From Thalia democratica (Eukaryota), in NCBI GenBank assembly GCA_965202585.1, contig OZ241833.1, forward strand, positions 5,084,001 through 5,148,000: DNA of 64,000 bases, written 5' to 3'. Shown here piece after piece: positions 38,035 through 49,700 of the stretch; position 1 is the first letter of the stretch; every line of letters begins with the position of its first letter. The translations under genes were made by a program, and so were the position numbers. The notes under the pieces are model-generated. The model saw nothing but the letters and a program-made list of their open reading frames with translations. It was not told the origin of the DNA and did not search any database.

Positions 38035-38620
38035 TAGGGGTCGGTAAACTGAATTACACGAGGTATTTCAGCTAAAAACATAATTTTTTAAATACTTAAA
38101 TAATTTTCAAGTGAAAGCTTTCATTAAGGTTTTTAATTTTACTAGTGCTCTAATATTACTTATTTTATCACGCTTTTGGTATAAATGTTACTTTTATATT
38201 GATAACTATAAAATTTTTGCGGCCCAAAGAAGAATTTCTCTATACAGTTCACTCGTGAGCAATTTTTTAGGATAAGAAAAAATCGTTACAAGCTGCCGAT
38301 AAAACTAGGGGTTAGCGTTTGGGTCGCGGAGTAAAAATGACCAACATATCAATGTATACAAAAATTAAGTGAAATCTGTGAGTAACGTAAATAAAGTAAA
38401 ACTGCGGCCTACGACCATGTAAATGTGGCCCGCTAAACCAGAAATCTAAAAAATTAATTTAGATATTCTGGGATTTGAAATAGAGAGCAAAACAAAAAAT
38501 CTTAGGTGCAGTTTACAATATATTTTAAACTAGGATATTAGATTAATTGATAAGTTTTCTTGATAAGGACTAGATTTTTCCAAATCTGGCTCGCCGACTA
38601 AAAATAATGCCTAGCCCTAG
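38035..38620. mobile_element. Degenerate hAT-like fragments
   Basis: taggggtcggtaaact and taggggttagcg starts, gcggcc/tggcccgc subterminal motifs, gcctagcccta end. Confidence 0.45.
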
Positions 38621-39374
38621 CTTAACAGTGGTTATGGATTTAAATGAAAACTGTATTCTGAAGCAATTATTGTTTATTTGATAGAGTATCAATTGAAGTA
38701 AAGGTTTTGAGTTAAATATTAGATTATATCTATTGAAAAAACCTTCCTAACATATGGTTAAATAAAATTGTTAGTACATCAGATGGAAGTGTAAAAGTTT
38801 ATTTTGTCAAGCTACAGCTGTTTCAAAATATATTAACTGTCGATTTCTTCAGACCTTAACAATAATAAGTACTTTTAAGGTTTTAGTAAAAAATATGCTA
38901 AAACTGACCATTTTCAAAAAATAAAAAAGTTAAAATAAACATAATACAACACACTAATGTATGTTTTGTTCTACTACTTTCATTACTCATTAAACTTTAA
39001 TGGTAGATAAAATTTTTATTATAACAATTACTATTTAACATTTGACACCACTAAGCTTTAGTTGTTAGAAGTAGTAAAAGACTAATGTTTAGAGTTTAGT
39101 ATACTACGAGAGGCTCAAAATCTCTAAACAAGTGCACAGGATAGCGGATATATATTTTTCTTTAAACTCAGTATTCAAACAAAAGTATAGTTACTAAAAA
39201 ATATCATGTAGGGGTTGAGAAACAAATACTAGTAAAACAAAGAAAAACATGTAAAGTATTTTCAATTTAAGAATAAAATTACCTTGTTGTAAAATTTATT
39301 TGTAAATTTAAGGCTACATTTTAAGGTAGTAACTAATTTACTCTAAGAACAAGCACTAAATAAAAAATGTAAAT

Positions 39375-39489
39375 GTCCTGTACATTTCGTTGAACTGTTC
39401 TGGTGTATGACTCGATAGCCTAAAGGTTTTTTCGTGCACCAGGTCCTTGGACCAAACTTTTTGAGCGCTATTTTTTGTCGTTTAATAAA
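39375..39489 (+). repeat. Structured dispersed repeat, copy 8
   Basis: tgtcctgtaca..ggtgtatgactcgatagcctaaaggtt..tcgtgcaccaggtccttggacc..tgtcgtttaataaa. Confidence 0.85.
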
Positions 39490-41930
39490 TTATATATAAT
39501 GATCTTTTATTACTTGATACTACATAAGTTTATTATTCTAAAGCTTTATAGATGACAATTTGTTTTCTTAAATTGTTTAATAGGGTATATTATACGGACT
39601 AGCTATATATTTTTATTACTTGTCATCTCAAAAATTATGAACTTTTCCCAAAAAATAAACTAAATTACTGGTATATAGTTTACACTTGTTGCAATTTTTA
39701 TTCATTTTTAATTTATATCAAGAATGACAATCAAAGTTCTAAACTTGCATCCAAGGAGGAAGTTACAAATTTATTGAATCACGAACTTATTTAAACATCA
39801 AATCTTTCACTTAATCAATAAAATTAATAAATTTCTAGGATATCATATATATTTTATCTAGTTAGAATACAAAACATGTATTATAAAGAGTCTTGTTTAT
39901 TTACTAAACAATTTTAATTACAAAAAGTAAAACGAAACTAAAGGAAACATTTAAACAATTATAGTTTAGTATTGTGTTTGTTTAAATTGTTGTATAAATT
40001 TAATTAGAGTAGAGTTTAAGTAGACATTGTAAACAAAACTAAATGTTTCATTTTTTTGTAGTTTTCAAACTAATAATAGTTAGTTTAAAACAAGTTACTG
40101 AAGTTAAACAGTTTTATTCTGTTTATCGACAACGAAAATTTTTGCATAGGTAAGCTTATAGTTTTCTTTTAATAATTAGTTACGAAATTGCATAGTTTCA
40201 CAATGAAAAAGTCATTAAATCGATAGTACAGTTTTTTTTATAATTTCTCTGTAGTTTTGACTTTATTACTTATTTTAACGACCTTAACTTTTATGTACTG
40301 TACAAAAATAAAACAATTGTAAGAAAAACTATCAACTATGATTACTTTAATAAAAAACAAAAAGTTATTATTGTTTTAAACTACAGAAGTTTATTCATGT
40401 AGTATTTCCAATAGCTTTTCTATTAAATATTAAAAATTTTCGAAAATTGGAAAGAGGAACTACTAATAATTTTTTCTTATCATTAGTTAGTTTTTGTATC
40501 AAACTATATTATACAATAACATTTAATTAATTACAGTTAGTTATCTTTGTTTATCAAACATGTTACTTGTTAGTTTTGAAAGTCGTACTCACTTAGTAGT
40601 AATTTTAAACAGAAATCCTTTAAAAAAAGTTTACTTTTATTGTAAAACTGTTTGATTTATTTTGAAATACTAATGAAAAACTTTAACAAATAAGGCGGGT
40701 TTTATACTAGTTACATTGATCGATTGAATTATCCTTAGGTAGAAATACTGATATATTTCGTTATTATTTATTGATAAAATAAACGGGTAAAAAAAGAGTT
40801 AGTTTAAACTAGAAAAACTTAATAAAATAGAGCGAGGCCGCAACTAGAAAATAAAATTTAAAATTTACTTTAAAATACTGTGGATAGTAAGCTAACATTC
40901 TCATAAATTTAGAGCTCCATAATAGAATAATATTCGTCCATAAGTGAAGTAATGCCAATTGTTGCAAGGTCGTTTATAGTGTATTTGCTTAAATTTTATT
41001 TGGAATTTTTAAAAATTTTAAAACTTACCGTTGGAGGTGATCATTTATGAACACTGTAACATGTATTCTATTAAATTAAAAAAAAAAAAAACTTTTTGCT
41101 TATTGTTTACCCTTGTCTCGTTTTCGGTCCCCTACAAGATAAACGTTTTAAGGTAAAAAAATACTGAGACAATAAGAAGTATCTGTCAAAATATTTGTTT
41201 AATTTTCTAGATTTATAAAACTTATCAGAATTTTGACCCCATTCGCCAAATTTCAAATACAGTTTTAGCCGATATGTTTGGCCTCGTACCTTTTATTTGT
41301 TTTTTAAAATAAAGAACAACGTGTTCTTTTTACACATAAAAAAATTATATTTCATATCTTAATAAAACTATTAGCTATTAAAACACAAAAAAGTTTAATT
41401 ATGGGTTTAATTTGCCTCATTAAAAAGAATAACTTTACACTAGATAAAAATATGCAAACAGCAATAAAATTTCAAGCCCACTATATCAACCTGATACTTT
41501 TTATCATAATTTCTGTTTGATGGAATCAATTAATACGTTTTAACAAAAGTATTTGTTACACACATATTTATAACCATCAATAATTAAAAAAAATCAACTT
41601 CTTATGTAAGAAATTAAGTTATCTTATGTAAAAATAAATTGGTGTAAGGTTTAACTTGTTTTCAACTTCTTTTACCACTAATATATCAGAAAGAATTTTT
41701 TTATTGTGCAAAAACAATTCAACCTAAAATTAAAGTATTTACTACAAATTAAACATTTTTTTCGTTCAAGCTTGCTTTTGAAAAAAAAATCGATTAAAAT
41801 ATTGAATGTATTTTTAATTATATATAATTTTAATGAAAATTCTTACATTACTTTTTAGACTCAACAATTAATCATTTTGTACAATTAAAATTTATTGCTA
41901 AAATTTGAACTACAAGTTTAATTTGTAATA

Positions 41931-42568
41931 CAGTGCTTATTCACTTATCCGGACAGTTTCGGTCACACAAAAATTCAAAAAACTTTCAATATTGAACACA
42001 AAAATTTTTGTTTGATACAAATGTTGAACGTGAAAAAACTAAAACAAACGTCCATTCTTCCTTGTCAAAATAAAACTTCCAATAAAAACTAGTTTGTTAA
42101 GAGTGATATGTTTCCGTTAAATGGACTTTAAACTTCGTCAAAATTTTTCTTTATGCATATTTTTTTTTTGTTTAGAGAGATAGATTGTCATTATTTTTGT
42201 TTTAAAAGATAAATTCAACTTATATTTTTTCTTAAACAAAAACTAATATTTTTTAAAAATTGATAGCTAGGGCAGGCGGAACTACAAATGATGAATTTTA
42301 CTTGCTTGACCCTCAAAAAACGTATATCGTTGCAGAGGGTTAGTAAGTCTGATGTTTTTCTACCTTAGACAAAATTAATTGAATTAAACTAAAAATTATA
42401 TTTTATTACTCACTATTATTTAATACGTATTTGTTTTTACCATAACACTTTTATTATGCATTATATGCAGCAGTTATATTTATATGAAAAAATTGATTTT
42501 TTGTAGTTATCCGGACATGTTTATAGAAAAATCTTGCCCAACGTGTCCGGATAAGTGAATAAGCACTG
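41931..42568. mobile_element. Tc1/mariner (pogo-like) MITE
   Basis: 25-bp perfect TIR cagtgcttattcacttatccggaca / tgtccggataagtgaataagcactg, flanked by TA on both sides. Confidence 0.92.
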
Positions 42569-43727
42569 TACTACTAATAGTGTCCACAGGATGTGGTATC
42601 GTGTTAGAAGATGGAATATTTTCGTTAATACTAAAAAGATTTAATTTAAATAGTATAAATATGAGTATAACCCAACAACTCTCCAATAAAAACTTTTTTT
42701 AAAATAATATTCAACTTATCTGATTTAAACAAGGATTCTTAAATTTTTCTATTTATATTTCTCTACGCCTTACCCTAATCGACTATTATATTACTTTTAT
42801 TGTGTTTGTATGTACTAAGTTATCACCTTTTATATTAAGCAAATAAGTTCAAAATTATTAATTAGATCTTTATAAATTTTACTTAGTTCAATTTTTTGTC
42901 TATCTTAAATTGTTAAATTATGTGTCCTGTTTAAGTGGCTCAGATTTCAATACCTGAGCTCTACATTGCACGATAAAATAAAAATTGTCTGGGCAAGAAA
43001 CACAGTGTATATATACCAAACTGTAAAATTGTTCACTGTTATGAAACTTGAATTATAAATTTAATCACAAATGAACAACTCACGTCAATATACTAGGATT
43101 TTTTTAACATGCTCCTTTTAAGAGGAAACTAATTATATAAAGAGATTAGGAAAACGACGTGCAGCTTTCAAGTATAAAAATTTAGAGTCGTAATATAAGA
43201 AAAGTGTAATATTAGATAAAACTTTCCCAAAACTTAGTATATTCACACTTGATTCATTCAACTCTAATTTATGATGTTAATTTGATGTAAAACTTTATAT
43301 TTTTAGACAGTCGTTTTTGGAAATACATAAATTTGTTTTATTACTTCAAGTTAATCCTATAAATTTTTAGGAATTAGGTATTACGTTTAACTTAGAAATT
43401 TTGCTAAATCTTAAGCACCAAAATAGTTATGAGTATTTTAAAATAATTTTCTTTATGTTGCAAAACAGGACTTTCTATTGCGTTGCTACAAATTTTAAGA
43501 AGTATAAAACAATGTTCACTTATATTATAGTTTATTCAAGTTATTTATAAACCAGCATAAGTAACATCATGAGCATTTAGTCATAGATTACAAAGTAAAA
43601 TAAAAAGTTTGTATCATCAACGAACTTACTCAAACACAACATAAACAGTTTAGATAGATTATATAAAAATACACTGAAGACGCGAATGCTCATATATAGG
43701 GGGGAAATAAAAAAATGTCAGATGGAT

Positions 43728-46700
43728 TCAATCGGAGTCAGATTCTTCTTCGCAAATTTCTTCAACGATAACAGTTTCTCGGAGTGCAACTTGACTGGCT
43801 TTTATGGTTTGGCTTAGGTCTCGTTGTGATAGCTGAAAAAGTAATAAATTTAAAGCTTTAAAACACCAACCAACTCTTTTAAAAAAAATTTACTACACTA
43901 GCTATATTGCTATTTATACGAATTTAAGCATCAAATAATTAAAATTTGAAGTTTAAAAAATACTTTTAATAATTATTTTTAAGATCTTTAATTTAAAATA
44001 AGACAAGTACCTATCATTATATTAGTAACTAAAGGTTTTAAAAGTTAGTTTCATAAAAGTTAAAATTTTTTTTTGTGTTTTTCAAGCTATAGTTATAGTT
44101 TTGGTTTTTAAAGGATAAAATATGAAGAAATTTGAGAATAAAAAGTTAATTTGATTTTTTCCTTAAAATACAACTTAATTTAATATTTGTTGAAAAACAA
44201 ATTTATAGACTGCAATTTACACATTGAAAAAACTAACATTTAATTTAGGATATGATTTGATGATTTGAAATTCGTTACTGAGGTAACCCAGGGACCCGAC
44301 AAAGTCAACCACCGACTGCAAAGTGTCAACTGAGTGCACGAATCTGCGGTTGACCATTTTATTGGCGGGGAGGCGGAACCTTATCGTGCAAGCCTTTTGG
44401 AAATAAAAACATAAGTATCTAGTATACTGTCAGAAGTAAAACTTTCTATCAAACTATACTTAAAGATAAATTTGGTTAAAAATAAGGTTGGTTAACATTT
44501 TTTTGTAGTTATGTAGCATTAGTTAATTTATATGTTAGTAAACACTCTCATTGGAATAAAACGAACGTTTTTGTCTTGGGGAGGTTCGACGGGCACCAGG
44601 GAGTGAAGCCTGGCGATTTCTGCTTGTTTCGATTCTTCTGCCGTCTGCTTCAGCATCTTCTCGTTTGCCGCTTTGCGCTCTTCCTCTTGCTGCTTCAGCG
44701 TCTGTTGCGCAAAATATTTGTCAACTCGTTATTTAACTTTGCAACCGTTGAAGGTGGTATCAATGGAAAACTAATAGAGTGAAACTTTACAAGTAAAAAA
44801 TTTAAATATAGTTGTTTACCTTTTGCCTATCTATTTCCAATGATCTCTCGTAAGCTTCTTTTTGTTCCTTTATGATACGCTCTCTATCTCGCCTGGATTG
44901 CTGAGAAAAATACTTGTTAGTTGATTCATTAGCATTAACTTATTAGTTTAAATGCGACAATATAACTCATCAAACAAACGAAAACGTTCTTGAAAATTTT
45001 GGTATTTTAGTCAGATAATCTACATTTTAATGGCATTTATATGTAGGCTTAACATAGAGCTATTATATCAAATGTTCTAAACTTCTTATAAAATGTATAT
45101 TGGCTACGATTACAATTTGTAAAAATTTTCATAATAAATTAAGGAACACAATAAAATTATAGTCTTGATTAAACCAACCTCATCTTTAATTTGTTGTTCT
45201 CGATTCCTCACTACTGCCTCTTGTGTTCGCATTATTTTGTTGTAAAGCTCCTCAACATCGGAACTTCCTGTTAGATTCAACTTAGTTAATATCACAAGTA
45301 ATAAGTAGTTTGTATTCTGATTGAAGACTTATTAAATTGAATGAACGAACTAGTATTCAAGTTTAAAAAGCATATCACAAACTAAAAAGTTACCTTTGAT
45401 AATTTCTTGTACTTCGCACTGTCTCCCCCTACCGGTGAGCAAAACAATGACGGGATATTCGTCAACTTTGATGAACCTCACTTGATTGTAAACGTCTTCG
45501 CTGTACTGCTTGCATGTGTTTAGAAACCTGCATTCAAGTTTTATATTACCAGCTAGCTCTTTTAATTTTCATCTATGGTGTTTAAAAGTAATTCTCAGTC
45601 ATGTAAAGTTTCATTAAAAAGAGCTATTTCTCATACAAAAAATTGAACTCTTATTTATAACTATATTTTACAAACAAATAACTATTGTCTTACAATCTTT
45701 ATAAATGAACGACAACTTTTTAAGCAGAAATAAATAATGAGAGTTGCTGTGCAGTGTGCAATAACATGAATATCTTTTCTTTAATTTCAAATAATTTATT
45801 AGACACGTTTTAGTACATTTTAAAGATAGTATGCAATAAGTAAATTAAATATACAAAATTTTAGGAAAATTGTTAAGGTTATTTTGACGTTTATTTTCAT
45901 TAATTTCAATAACCTTATTATTAATCATGCTATACTTTCTAAAAAATATTGTTTTGTAACATATTATAAATTATTTAAAGTAACAAATAATTTATTGCAT
46001 ATCCTTTGGTATGTTCTAAAAATTATGTAGCATGCTACCTGAGTTTACTTAACTTTAGAATAAAATAATAACTTAAATTTTGTTCATTTCACTATTCTTT
46101 ATGCACTATATTTAAAGAAAACTATCAATTTGTAACAAACTAAAAGTGACAATTACTTGTTTTTATTGTGGGCGGTGGTCATGTCCCACGCCCAGCACAC
46201 GAAGTTAGTGTTGAGGAGTTGCGATACGGCTTCAGTGCACAGCATTTGCGAGCAGAACACGTTCGATATCACGCTCTTGTCGTGGTGAAGGTAGATTGCT
46301 GTCAATTATATTTATATTAAGTTTCAGATGATAAATGCTTAAGGCAACAATACACTATAAGTGTAAGTTATAATGATGTCTCCTACTAAATCGAAACACT
46401 TTAAAATCATTATAAAAAAATTAGCTTGAAAACAATAAACAGTAATACTTATTTATAAGATTGAAATTTAAAAAATGCTTCTAAAATTAACTTACATAAT
46501 AAAAAATAACGAAGTACTGTAAGCATTTAAAATGCAGATTTAAAAATTTTTCTACTGTCACTAAAACAACAAAGCACTACCTAATCCCCTCCTGGAATGA
46601 GCTGACCCGCCGAACGCGTCTTCAACGGCCTCACCGAACAGTTTGGTGGAGAAGTCCGGGCCGGGTTGCTGCTGGCAGTAGCGTTTGGTGAACTCGGTTT

Positions 46701-49700
46701 TGAACTGGTTCAACGCCGCTCTCTCGTCCACCACTGCTTCTGGCACTTTAATAATTTTCAAAGTTATGGTATGCTTCTCATTTATACCAACAAACTAGGT
46801 CTTTAAAAACAACCTCTTATTTAAAAACGCTTAATTAAAAGGTAAATCGTTTCTAAGTTTTTTTTGTAAAATAGTAAAAGTCTACAAACGCTCAAGTATC
46901 GATAATATTAAGTATATTTTACAATTTTATAAAACAAGTTAGTAAACACATTCTATGAACTGCTCGCAATCAAGTTGAAATTTTGGTTGTTGAGTTGAAA
47001 TAAAAATACTTGTGAATAAATATTATATTTCATCTGCAACTCAACACAATGGACTAAATTTTAACCGTTTTTGTGTTACTTTTTGTAATAAGATTAAAGC
47101 TTTGTAAAATTTTAGTACTAAATATTCAATAATTAGTTTTGGCATTGAACTTTTGAATAAACACTTCAAGTCTTCTTCACTTTTAGATTTTTTTCATCAA
47201 ATATTTTATAGGTTTTTTAAGTATTACTTCTAACAATAATACTTTAGAATATGAAGTATATTCCGTTGATCTATTTTTTTTTATAATGTTAAGTTAAATA
47301 TAATTTAAGCTTATGATATGAGACGAGATTTTTATTTTCAAAATATATTTTAAACAAAAATTTTGCGTATCAACTATACCAAATTAACTTTACTATTTGC
47401 TTGGAACTAGTTTCAGGTAAGCATAATTTTTTTTTTTAGTTCATGTTGATATTTAGTGTGTTTATGAAAGCTAATAATTCAAAATGATCTATTATAATTT
47501 AAACTAACATCTTCTTGAAGTAAAGTTATTACAAACCGTAAAAAAACATTTACAAGTTTATACTTTTCTCAAGACTTCTAAACTTGATGGTTAAATTATT
47601 TAACTAGCAATTATAATCTAGGTGAAAAATTCTATGTTTATAAATTTAAAGCTTATAAAAATATTATTAAGATTTTTTTTTTATCAATTTATCTGCACTA
47701 ATTCTTATATAGTTCTTTAAACTGTCTACTTTACTTCTGAAGAGAAAAATTTCCAGGGTTGCCAAAGGCTTTTGAGAAATTTCTATTAGTTTTTTTTACA
47801 ATTTTTTTTCAAGATTTTAAAATTTTTGGGTCTATTTTTAGTACAGAAACATTGAAAAGATATTGTTAAGCTACTTCAAACGTGTTTTGTAATGATTAAA
47901 ATTAACAATAACTAAAACTTTTATTTATATGACAAATTTTTGTGCCAAATTGAAATCTTGCACTTTACATATAAAACTGTTTATAACTCTAGATTTTTCT
48001 AGTTTTTTAGTGATTTTTTTTTCAAAATTCAAGTTTTTTTTAGCTTAAACTGTCAACAGGTTTTTTGAGAACCCATCATTTCGCTTCTAATTAAAACTAA
48101 ACCTCACAAAACTTCAAAATCTCTCTGCAACTAACCAATCAGCTCGTTGAAAACAAAACAACAAACCAATCACACGAGCTTAACACTTACTGAGTTTGGC
48201 GTTGGCGGTAGACCTGACTTCGACGTCGTCGCCGAAGAAGAAGTCGTCGTCGTCATCCGACATCGACGACTCCATGTCGTCCGACTGGTCCGGTGAGCTG
48301 CCGCGGTGGTTGCCGTTGAACGGGTGGAAGGAGGTTGGGGAGTGGAAGTTGCGGGACATGGGCCTGAATGACATGGGAGACGACGGTTGGCTGCCGCGAC
48401 GGAGCTGAAACTGGCTGCCGTGACGTTTTATCACCGACGACATGGTGTTCTGTTACGTCACAAACGACTTGAAAGGTGGTATCAAATAAATAAATGAAAA
48501 GAAGCTCAGATCAATGGGACACCTACTTGTACCAAAATATTTTTGGCTGTAATTTAGATATTAAAATAGAATATAAAAAATAAATTAAAATAAAATATAT
48601 AGATAATTTTTTATCTATATGATAGATTTTTTGTGTCGAATCAAAATTTTACTACTTAACAGGTAAAAATTGTTTGAAATACCAGTTTCCATTAAAGGTT
48701 TTTCCAGATTTTGTGGCAAACCTGTTAGGTATACTAGATATAACCTTTTGATATATGCAAAACTATTTTCAGATAGAGTTGAAAACTACTACACAACTTT
48801 TTTGATAAATACGATTTCCATAAACTGTTTAGTGTTTATTTACTAATGGATCTGAGTATTTTGCAAGTTTCAACAATTTTTGTTTGAAAAATATTTCCAA
48901 CTTTGTATTTTTTTTTGGTGCTAGCGCTGAGCTACGTATAAATGCATTAAAAATATTTTCCATTTGCTCATATTAGTTTTAAGCTCAGTTGTATGAATAA
49001 ATATAAATTTAATGTTAGTTTTGGGTTACCTATCTTACTGACAATGTATTTTTTTATTTATAGTACTGATTTTGTCATACTTCTTTTATATTTTAGCCGT
49101 AAAGATTTTGGTGAACTTGACTTCATAATATTTTACCAAAATATTTCTTATTGAATACATTTAGTTTCTATGATTTTCATACAAGAAAGAGAAAACATAA
49201 GTATGAAAATCTTATTTTAGGTCTATAACATCATAGCAAGAATTTTTACGAGCCCTCCACAAAACTTTCTTCAAGTTACCAAAACTTCCTTCAAAAATTG
49301 AAGAGGTGATGTTCTTATAAGCCAATAAAAAATCCAAACCTAATAAAAAACAAACACAAAACTAAAATAGTATTGAAACTAGGTCTACACTAGACTTAAC
49401 TTTATACTTCAAAATGAATAAAATAGCTTTTATATAAAAAACAGAAAGTAAGACTATAATTTTATATATATTTAAATTAGATAATGCTTTGTGTGCTTGA
49501 TAAATTAAGTTAACCATTTAAAAAACTCTTATGCAGTATAAATTTAGTTTTTAATAACTAACTGATACATTTTACTTGTCTAGCATTTAACAAATTATAA
49601 ACTTATTGAAAAAAACTTGTAGTCTTTTTCTGTTGTTATATAAAAGGTATTTCGCTAATTTGTTTATTATTTACGAGATAAACTTACACTTGCGCCTTTT

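Noticed and set aside
1097-39489. CRISPR-like reading of the hairpin repeats
   Set aside because: Copies are dispersed in both orientations without regular spacers, the context is eukaryotic, and no cas genes are present.
41220-41290. TVFEIW..EW resemblance to a GCR1_C/Crypton-associated domain
   Set aside because: Requires an assumed frameshift and rests on about 8 residues.
48120-48180. Two CCAATC boxes just inside FAF1 intron 7
   Set aside because: Short motifs without other support; could be chance.
44576-48408. + strand ORFs 44576-44782 and 48196-48408
   Set aside because: Opposite strand of GC-rich FAF1 exons.
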